Shown in pieces: positions 57,396 to 64,000 of a DNA stretch of 64,000 nt. Positions within the stretch are counted from its first letter, which is position 1, and each line of letters begins with the position of its first letter. Under the pieces are notes generated by a model. It was not told the origin of the DNA. It did no database searches and saw nothing but the letters and a program-made list of their open reading frames with translations. The stretch is from Bacteroidaceae bacterium. Its GTDB lineage: Bacteria > Bacteroidota > Bacteroidia > Bacteroidales > Bacteroidaceae. Location of the stretch: positions 1,630-65,629 of the forward strand of contig JAFSNB010000037.1 in the NCBI GenBank assembly GCA_017447625.1, in the 5' to 3' direction. Made by a program: the position numbers and the translations under genes.

Positions 57396-58418
57396 ATGAA
57401 GGAAATTGATTGGAAGAATCTGTCGTTCGGTTATATCCCGACCGACTACAATGTACGTTGCGCATATCACGATGGCAAATGGGGTGAAATAGAGATTACC
57501 TCTGATCCTAACATAAACCTCAGTATGGCTGCCACCTGCCTGCATTATGGTCAGGAGGCGTTCGAGGGTCTGAAGGCTTATCGCTGCCCCGACGGAAAGG
57601 TGCGTATCTTCCGTGTGGAGGAGAACGCAGCCCGTCTGCAATCGACCTGCCGCGGACTGGTTATGCCCGAGCTTCCCACCGAGCTTTTCGTTGAGATGGT
57701 GAAGAAGGTGGTTCGTCTGAACGAGCGTTTTATCCCGCCCTATGAGAGCGGTGCAACGCTGTATGTCCGTCCGCTGCTTATCGGCACCACGGCACAGGTG
57801 GGAGTTCACCCCGCACAGGACTATCTGTTCGTGATCTTCGTCTCTCCCGTAGGTCCTTATTTCAAGGGCGGCTTCTCCACCACTCCTTACGTTATCACCC
57901 GCGACTACGACCGCTCAGCACCCCTCGGCACCGGCTGTTATAAGGTGGGTGGCAACTACGCTGCCAGCCTCCGTGCCAACAAGTGGGCTCACGATCAGGG
58001 CTACTCCTGCGAGTTCTATCTCGATGCACGCGAGAAGAAGTATATCGACGAGTGCGGCGCAGCCAATTTCTTCGGTATTAAGAACAATACATACGTTACG
58101 CCGCTGAGCCACAGCATCCTGCCCTCTGTCACCAACAAGAGCTTGATGCAGTTGGCCGAAGACCTTGGTATGAAGGTTGAGCGCCGCCAGATTCCTCTGG
58201 AGGAGCTCGAGACCTTCGAGGAAGCTGGAGCTTGCGGCACAGCAGCCGTAATCAGCCCCATCGAGCGCATCGACGACCCGCAGACGGGCAAGAGCTATGT
58301 GTTCGCCAAGGACGGCAAGCCCGGCCCCGTCAGCACCCGCCTCTACCAGAAGCTCATAGACATCCAATACGGCAAGGAGCCCGACATCCACGGCTGGACC
58401 ACTGTTGCCATTGAATGA
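57396..58418 (+). CDS. ilvE: Branched-chain amino acid aminotransferase
   Basis: 340 aa. LHYGQEAFEGLKAYRCPDGKVRIFR..ENAARL and a PLP fold type IV pattern. Confidence 0.9.
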   Translation: MKEIDWKNLSFGYIPTDYNVRCAYHDGKWGEIEITSDPNINLSMAATCLHYGQEAFEGLKAYRCPDGKVRIFRVEENAARLQSTCRGLVMPELPTELFVEMVKKVVRLNERFIPPYESGATLYVRPLLIGTTAQVGVHPAQDYLFVIFVSPVGPYFKGGFSTTPYVITRDYDRSAPLGTGCYKVGGNYAASLRANKWAHDQGYSCEFYLDAREKKYIDECGAANFFGIKNNTYVTPLSHSILPSVTNKSLMQLAEDLGMKVERRQIPLEELETFEEAGACGTAAVISPIERIDDPQTGKSYVFAKDGKPGPVSTRLYQKLIDIQYGKEPDIHGWTTVAIE

Positions 58419-58419
58419 C

Positions 58420-58544
58420 AAATTCATAATGCATAATTCATAATTATTCGACTTCGCTCATCAGTACGTCATAATTAGGGCTGCGCGATACATCCCGCCA
58501 GGCAATTATGCAATATGAATTAATAATTATGAATTGAAAAAATC
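58420..58544. repeat. Composite AT-rich modular repeat (ATTATGA-type heptamers, core TTCGACTTCGCTCATCAGTACGTCAT, GGCTGCGCGAT junction, CATCCCGCCAGG module)
   Basis: It shares its left part with 4262-4340 and its right part with the argC insertion at 53919-53985. Confidence 0.85.
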
Positions 58545-59387
58545 ATGAGTAAAGGGAAACTGGCCAAGTTTGCCGATATGGCATCCTACCCGCACGTCTT
58601 CGAATTTCCTATGGGGAAGTTCGAAGACGTTCCTTCAACTGTCAAGTCTCAGCAACTTTCCCCCTCACAGCAGTTCTCCCCCCCACGGGGGGAGTCAGAG
58701 AGGGGCCTCACTGTCAACTGTCCTCTGCGTGGGCGCTGGCGTGAGGATTTCTTCAAGAACGACAACCCGATAGTCTTGGAGTTGGGCTGCGGACGCGGAG
58801 AGTATGCCGTAGGGCTGGCCCGCCGTTATCCCGACCGCAACTTCATCGGGGTGGATATCAAGGGTGCGCGTATGTGGAGCGGTGCCACAGAGTCGCTGCA
58901 GGAGGGCCTGAAGAACGTAGCTTTCCTGCGCACAAACATTGAGATTATCGACCGCTTCTTCGCTCCAGGCGAGGTTCAGGAGATCTGGCTCACCTTCTCC
59001 GATCCGCAGATGAAGAAAGCCACCAAACGCCTCACCTCTTCTTATTTCCTTGCTCGCTACCGCCGCTTCCTTGCAGACGGAGGACTTATTCATCTGAAGA
59101 CAGACTCAAACTTCCTCTTCACATATACAAAATATGTGGCGGAAGTGAATAAGCTGCCTGTAGAGGTTTGCACGGAGGATTTGTATAAGGGAGGGGAGGG
59201 CTCTCTCGACCTCTCTATCCGCACATATTACGAGCAGCAGTGGTTGTCTCGCGGCATTTCCATTAAATATATGCGGTTCCGCCTGCCGCACGATGGCGAA
59301 CTGACGGAACCGGATGTCGAGATAGAGATGGACGATTATCGCAGCTACAACCGCGACAAACGCTCTTCGCTCACTATGAGCAAATAG
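58545..59387 (+). CDS. trmB: tRNA (guanine-N7)-methyltransferase with repeat-encoded insertion
   Basis: GKLAKFADM..., SAM motif [32 protein letters not shown] and HLKTDS. The insertion [29 protein letters not shown] lies upstream of the SAM motif. Confidence 0.9.
   Translation: MSKGKLAKFADMASYPHVFEFPMGKFEDVPSTVKSQQLSPSQQFSPPRGESERGLTVNCPLRGRWREDFFKNDNPIVLELGCGRGEYAVGLARRYPDRNFIGVDIKGARMWSGATESLQEGLKNVAFLRTNIEIIDRFFAPGEVQEIWLTFSDPQMKKATKRLTSSYFLARYRRFLADGGLIHLKTDSNFLFTYTKYVAEVNKLPVEVCTEDLYKGGEGSLDLSIRTYYEQQWLSRGISIKYMRFRLPHDGELTEPDVEIEMDDYRSYNRDKRSSLTMSK
58636..58723. repeat. About 88-bp GC hairpin element in frame within trmB, flanked on both sides by ACTGTCA heptamers
   Basis: CAACTGTCAAG...TTCTCCCCCCCACGGGGGGAGTCAGAGAGGGGCCTCACTGTCAACTGTCC. 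Confidence 0.85.
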
Positions 59388-59422
59388 ATGAGCAAATAAA
59401 GAACTCTCTTTGAGTTTTGGCC

Positions 59423-62326
59423 TTACTGTCTGTCGCGATTGCCCCATTTGCGGTTGTAGCGGCCTTCGGTGTCGAGTTTGCCGCCGAACATATTCAGACG
59501 GTAACGGACATGTAGCATAGCGTAAGAGTTGATGCTGTTGTAGTGTGTGTCGCTGCGTCCGTTGGCGTTCACCCACCGCTCGTAGTTGCTTTGTTTGCCA
59601 AGTAGGTCGTAGAAGTTGAGGGCAACGACGAGCGTCTTTGTCTTCAGGAAACTCTTGGAGATCTGTCCGTTCCAAATCAGCTCGTTGGTGTTCGAGGCGG
59701 GGTTGTTGTATCCCCGACGGCTGTTCTCGTGTATGTTCGTGGAGATCTCGAATCCGAGTGGCAGACGGAACATTATCTGTCCGCCGTAGCTGAACCGCCA
59801 GGTGTCGAGATTGGCGGTGGGCTGCAGTTCGTTGCGTGTGTGCTGGTAATTCACGTTTCCGTCCAGAGTGACTTCGAGCCAGTCGTTGCGGAAGCTGAAG
59901 TTCAGCCTTTGGTTGAGAGTCGTTGTTCGGGTTGTTGATGTGGTGGCATCGCTGAGGCTGTTTGCCATTGATGTGGCTGAGGTGACGTTCTCCTTCACGT
60001 AGCTCACATAGTTGTTGTAACGTATGCGCGTGTCCGAACCCATATTCCAGTGGGCGGCTGAGTCGAGAGCCGTGTTGAAGTTGAAGCCTCCGTCGGCGTT
60101 CCAGTTGCCGTTGATGTTTTCCGGTCGCGACGTACTGCCACCGGTCTCCGCGTTGTATCGCACCAGATTGGATATGGAGTTGCGTATGTGGCGGTAATTG
60201 CCGTAGAGGACAAATGAGCGCTTGTATTTGGTGATGTAGTTCTTGTAATAGACGTTGAACGAGTTGGTGAACTGAGGTTTCAGACCCGGGTTACCCTGTG
60301 TGATGTAAAGTGGGTTGGAGTCGTCGGTGATGTCTAGCAGTTGGGTGATTTCGGGCTGACGGGTATCGCCTCTGTAGTGAAGCCAGATATCGTGCTGATC
60401 GCTGAATTTATAGTGGAAGTCGATTGTTGGTGTCAGGTTCGTTACGTTGCGCACAGTGTCCACGAACACGCCGCGATAGTCCTGAATGAAGTTCGAGTGT
60501 TGCGGCTGAACGAGCACTCCGATGTTGTAGTCGTATTTCTCCTGCCAGTGGCGCAGGGTGAGGCGTATGTTGTGTGTGTAGTTTCGGTATTCTGAGTAGC
60601 GGCTCAGCTCTTTGTCGAAGAATCCGTCCAGACTGTCCTGCACGGTCGAGAGCCACGAGTCCCAGTCGCGGTATTCGGGCACTACGCCGGCAAAGGGGTT
60701 CTCCGGCATGTGACTGAAATCGAATGTCTGACGGTCGCTCTTGTTCCGGTTGTAGCGCAGTTCGTAGTTCATCTGCAGGTGTGCTCCTTTCCACAGCGGT
60801 TCGCTGTAGAGGGCGCTCAGCACATACCCTTTGTTGTCGCTCGGGGTGGTGCTGTAACGCGAGGTGAAATAGGTTGAGTCCTCGCCAGCGATGTTCTTCA
60901 CTCTGTGCAGATACACCTCGTTGTTCGAGGCGTTGCGGTTCTCGCTGTTGCCTATACTGCCTTCGACCCGCAGCGTGACGTTACGGCCGCGCGAGTTCAG
61001 TTTGCGGTAGAACTGTAACATAGCCCAGGCGTTCTTGTTCTCCCCGTAGCTGAGGCTTGCGCCGTGGTTGTGGTTTACGAGATAGGGGTAGAGTGGGGAG
61101 TTCGGGTCGTGGACGATGGCCAGCGGGTCGTCTGCGTGCAGATACGGGTCTTCGTCAAAGGTAGCGCTGGCCGACGTGTTTGTGCCGTCGTTTGAGCCGT
61201 AGCTGCCGTTTGTCCTGAATAGGATATTTGTCAGAGTGTCCGGCTTCCACTCTAAGCGTATGTTGCCGTTCCAGTTGTTGTTGCGCCCAAGGTTCAGCGA
61301 CTGGCTGTTGGAGAATGTTCGCGATGTCTGGCTGTAGAAGTTCTCGCTGGCGTTCTCGTTCTCGTTGTTGGTGTTACGGTGGTTCCAGCGCACGGAGAAA
61401 TCGAATTTCAGCTTCTCGCTGTCGTCATAGTTGAAGTTCGCTCCTACCATCTTGTTCACGTTCAGGCCTCGGCGATTCCACCAGCCGGCGTTCTCCTCCT
61501 TGTTGTTGAAGTTGGCCATCAGCACAAATCGCGTCTTGTCCGTGAAGCTGCTCCCCATGCCGCGTGCAGAATAGCGTTCGCGGGTGCCGCCGGCAACATC
61601 CAGATTCGTCATGTAGCCGCGGTTCATCCCGCGCTTTATGGTGAAGTCCAGCACCGTCTCCTTGTTGCCGTCCTCGATGCCTGTGATGCGTGCCTGATCG
61701 CTCTGCTGGTCGTAGAACTTCACGTTCTGGATTATCGCCACCGGGATATTCTTCAGAGCCGTCTCCACGTCGCCGAGCATGAACTCCTTGCCGTCCAGCA
61801 GGATTTTCTTCACCTGCTTGCCGTTGATGGTTATGTTGCCGTCCTCATTGACCTCAGCTCCCGGCATACGTTTTATGAGCTCTTCTATGGGCGAGCCTTC
61901 GGGCGTGCGGTAAGCCTCGGGGTTGTAGAGCAGAGTGTCCTTGCGCACAACCACCTGAGCCGCCTGACTCGTCACCACGGCCTCTTTCATCAGTACCGCG
62001 TCGGGCGACATCAGCAGATTGCCCAAATCCGCGCTGCGGTCCTTGCGCAACGTAACCTCGCGTTCCATCTTCTGAAAGCCCATGCAGGAGAAATTCAGAC
62101 GGAAGGTGCCGTTCGACGGAACTTCTATCGAGAAGTTACCCTTCTCGTCGGACACGACACCGCCGAGGAAGGTGCTGTCGTTCGCCCAGAACAGCTGTAC
62201 TGTGACCATAGGCAGAGGCTCCTTCTGCTCCACATCTATCAGATGCCCGCTGATATTTTGTCCCTGAGCCAAAGCTCCTGCGATTGTCACTACCCAGAAA
62301 AATAAGAATAAGGCTGCGTGTCTCAT
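59423..62326 (-). CDS. TonB-dependent-receptor-like outer-membrane beta-barrel protein with N-terminal carboxypeptidase-regulatory-like domain
   Basis: Signal peptide. CarboxypepD_reg-like GHLIDVEQKEPLPMVTVQLF. Plug-like region. A long region of alternating-pattern beta strands ending in aromatic-rich YRLNMF..... No SusD partner gene is present. Confidence 0.8.
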   Translation of the reverse strand: MRHAALFLFFWVVTIAGALAQGQNISGHLIDVEQKEPLPMVTVQLFWANDSTFLGGVVSDEKGNFSIEVPSNGTFRLNFSCMGFQKMEREVTLRKDRSADLGNLLMSPDAVLMKEAVVTSQAAQVVVRKDTLLYNPEAYRTPEGSPIEELIKRMPGAEVNEDGNITINGKQVKKILLDGKEFMLGDVETALKNIPVAIIQNVKFYDQQSDQARITGIEDGNKETVLDFTIKRGMNRGYMTNLDVAGGTRERYSARGMGSSFTDKTRFVLMANFNNKEENAGWWNRRGLNVNKMVGANFNYDDSEKLKFDFSVRWNHRNTNNENENASENFYSQTSRTFSNSQSLNLGRNNNWNGNIRLEWKPDTLTNILFRTNGSYGSNDGTNTSASATFDEDPYLHADDPLAIVHDPNSPLYPYLVNHNHGASLSYGENKNAWAMLQFYRKLNSRGRNVTLRVEGSIGNSENRNASNNEVYLHRVKNIAGEDSTYFTSRYSTTPSDNKGYVLSALYSEPLWKGAHLQMNYELRYNRNKSDRQTFDFSHMPENPFAGVVPEYRDWDSWLSTVQDSLDGFFDKELSRYSEYRNYTHNIRLTLRHWQEKYDYNIGVLVQPQHSNFIQDYRGVFVDTVRNVTNLTPTIDFHYKFSDQHDIWLHYRGDTRQPEITQLLDITDDSNPLYITQGNPGLKPQFTNSFNVYYKNYITKYKRSFVLYGNYRHIRNSISNLVRYNAETGGSTSRPENINGNWNADGGFNFNTALDSAAHWNMGSDTRIRYNNYVSYVKENVTSATSMANSLSDATTSTTRTTTLNQRLNFSFRNDWLEVTLDGNVNYQHTRNELQPTANLDTWRFSYGGQIMFRLPLGFEISTNIHENSRRGYNNPASNTNELIWNGQISKSFLKTKTLVVALNFYDLLGKQSNYERWVNANGRSDTHYNSINSYAMLHVRYRLNMFGGKLDTEGRYNRKWGNRDRQ

Positions 62327-63360
62327 GTACTTTCCCTGATGTTCAGTTGTGCTTTAACGATAATGTGTCTGATTTTCTCCACTTCGTCCGTATTCTCCAC
62401 GTCCTGCTTTCGCTCATGCTCGATTTGTTCCATCAGCAGTCGGAACGTCCGTCTGCTGATTTCGCGCAGGTTCTGTTTGACGAAAGTGATTCTTGGGCAA
62501 GCCATACTGGATACCCAGTCGCTCATGAATCCGATTATGGCTACGTCCTGCGGTATGCACAGACCTCGGCTTATGATAGCCTGAAAAGCGGCCAGAGAGA
62601 GCAGACCGTGATCGGCCAGAATAGCCTCGGGCGGTTCCGGCATACTGAGCAGCTCCATCGTGTCCGAGAGTCCTGAGTTGAAGCTCACCGGCCCGCTCTT
62701 TATCATCTCTTTCCTTATCTCCATCTGCTTCTCCCGCAGAGCCTCCAGATATCCGTGCTTGCAGTTCAGCGACTGTTTGATGTGGTTTGGGCCTCCGAGA
62801 AAAGCGATGCGTTTTTTCCCGCTTTCTATGAGGTGCAGGGTAGCCTGCCGCGCCGCATCCACATCGTTGCTGCTTACGGTCGGGAAGCCCGCGTCGGCCA
62901 CTCTGTCAAAGAGCACCACGGGAATATGGTTTTCCTTCAGCTTCAATAGATGAGAGAGATCCACAGTCTCCTGCGATAGACATATAGCGATGCCCTCGAC
63001 ATGCATGTTGAACAGTTGCTCAACACATTCAACCTCGTTGCTGTATTTACCGCCTGAGTCCGTAACGATGCACATATACCCGTTCTTGCGGGCTTCCGCC
63101 TCGATCCATTTCACTATGTGCGCATACTGGCTGAACGACAAATCCGGCACAATAATCCCCAAGGTGCGGGTGTATCCGTAGCGCAGGCTCATAGCAAAGG
63201 GATTCGGCCTGTAGCCGTAAGTCTTTGCCAGAGAGATAATCTGCTCGCGAAGCTCGGCGCTGACGCCGGGCTGCCCTTTCAGCGTGCGCGACACTGTTGA
63301 GGCGTTCACACCCAGAATGCGGGCTATTTCACGTTGTGAGATGCTCTTTTTCATTTTCAT
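62323..63360 (-). CDS. LacI-family transcriptional regulator
   Basis: HTH SQREIARILGVNASTVSRTLKG and a periplasmic-binding-protein-like effector domain. The start is set at 63360 because the ORF's first ATG lies inside the -7 box. There is a 4-nt overlap with the downstream barrel gene. Confidence 0.85.
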   Translation of the reverse strand: MKMKKSISQREIARILGVNASTVSRTLKGQPGVSAELREQIISLAKTYGYRPNPFAMSLRYGYTRTLGIIVPDLSFSQYAHIVKWIEAEARKNGYMCIVTDSGGKYSNEVECVEQLFNMHVEGIAICLSQETVDLSHLLKLKENHIPVVLFDRVADAGFPTVSSNDVDAARQATLHLIESGKKRIAFLGGPNHIKQSLNCKHGYLEALREKQMEIRKEMIKSGPVSFNSGLSDTMELLSMPEPPEAILADHGLLSLAAFQAIISRGLCIPQDVAIIGFMSDWVSSMACPRITFVKQNLREISRRTFRLLMEQIEHERKQDVENTDEVEKIRHIIVKAQLNIREST

Positions 63361-63375
63361 TTCCGAAAAACAGCA

Positions 63376-63383
63376 CAAAGATA
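63376..63383 (-). promoter_or_regulatory. Bacteroidota -7 promoter box (TATCTTTG on minus strand) for the LacI/barrel operon
   Basis: The reverse complement of CAAAGATA. Confidence 0.5.
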
Positions 63384-63462
63384 CGTATATCCCGTCTCAC
63401 TGACGTAAAATAGCCCGCAAAAGTGTTGCGCAACGCGTTGCTTTATTTTCGTGTCATCCTGA

Positions 63463-64000
63463 TTACTTCACCAGAACCTTCTTCCCGTTCACGATATAGA
63501 GGCCCTTCTTTCCATTGAACATTGACCATTTTTCGCCTTCGCTCAACAGTACGTGACCATTGACTTTTATTCTGCGTCCGCTCAGGTTATACACTGCGCC
63601 AGCCTCATTATGAATTGTGAATTCTGCATTATGAATTCCTTCAACTCCCACAATCGCTGCGTTGTTACCGTGGAAGTATAGGCGGAAGCTGTCGAACATA
63701 GTCCAGTAGTAGCTCGGTGCCGAGGTGCACTTGATGCCCAGCTTGAGCTTGCCTTTCTTTTTGAGGCGTGCGGTCACGTTGCTGTCGTAGAGTCCGGCTG
63801 CGAAGTACTTCTCCGCGCCTTCCATATTGTTCGGCACGTACTTGTTATCACCCGTCTTGCTGTCATAGGAGTTTCCGATAGCGCTGCTCTGACGGTCCTC
63901 GCAGATGTGCATTACGGGTTCCGTAGTGCTGTTGATGTACAGAGATGTGGTGATCCTCGCTGTGCCGTTCTTGTAAGGCGTATAGATGGCGTCGGGATTG
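63463..64000 (-). CDS. Secreted protein with T9SS C-terminal sorting domain (partial; 5' end beyond the window)
   Basis: My translation shows the frame stays open from 63912 to 64000. C-terminal GAVYNLSGRRIKVNG...KKGLYIVNGKKVLVK is a T9SS CTD interrupted by HVLLSEGEKWSMFNG. Confidence 0.7.
   Translation of the reverse strand, partial: NPDAIYTPYKNGTARITTSLYINSTTEPVMHICEDRQSSAIGNSYDSKTGDNKYVPNNMEGAEKYFAAGLYDSNVTARLKKKGKLKLGIKCTSAPSYYWTMFDSFRLYFHGNNAAIVGVEGIHNAEFTIHNEAGAVYNLSGRRIKVNGHVLLSEGEKWSMFNGKKGLYIVNGKKVLVK
63512..63570. repeat. Third copy of the roughly 45-bp in-frame element inside a T9SS sorting domain
   Basis: The reverse complement reads AGTCAATGGTCACGTACTGTTGAGCGAAGGCGAAAAATGGTCAATGTTCAATGG. 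Compare 31775-31826. Confidence 0.8.

Overview
This is a 64-kb chromosomal window from a Bacteroidota genome. By inference it is Prevotellaceae-like: it has TAnnTTTG -7 promoter boxes, T9SS C-terminal sorting domains on glycosidases, and an argR-GNAT-argG-argC layout. No rRNA, tRNA or CRISPR array was found.

Gene content, left to right:
- A MacAB-type ABC exporter operon, translationally coupled to a fused 5'-nucleotidase gene.
- rplS and fucI.
- A roughly 1.2-kb degenerate stretch.
- A 3.8-kb AT-rich island bounded by 59-bp direct repeats. It carries a damaged VirE/VapE-like gene, a truncated excisionase-type HTH and a 3-gene operon of unknown function.
- Two GH51 arabinofuranosidases.
- An 896-aa coiled-coil protein with a CxxC hook but no ATPase heads.
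- An AraC-type HTH gene, M49 dipeptidyl-peptidase III, an AlkD-like gene, fur and purA.
- A 24-kb complex-xylan utilisation cluster (GH2, GH98-like, GH97, GH43, GH115, SGNH esterase, a propeller/AraC sensor lacking kinase and receiver domains, GH31, double GH43). It has no SusC/SusD pair, and two of its enzymes carry T9SS sorting domains.
- ltaE, then argC-argG-(DUF559)-GNAT-argR, ilvE and trmB.
- A LacI regulator gene overlapping a TonB-dependent-like barrel gene.
- A partial gene for a T9SS-sorted protein that runs off the window end.

The most unusual signal is not a gene. It is a dense population of short modular repeats of three kinds: GC-rich 4-nt-loop hairpins, 7-8-bp tandem arrays, and a conserved ACGTACTGNTGAGCG core.
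- They fill the intergenic spacers.
- They are also inserted in frame into at least ten protein-coding genes, reminiscent of Rickettsia palindromic elements.
- They donate start codons, stop codons and loop insertions, and they appear to fuse two genes.
- One pair of otherwise identical paralogous sequences gives a clean filled-site versus empty-site comparison with a 7-bp duplication.

All calls come from reading the sequence and the ORF translations. No database search was run.
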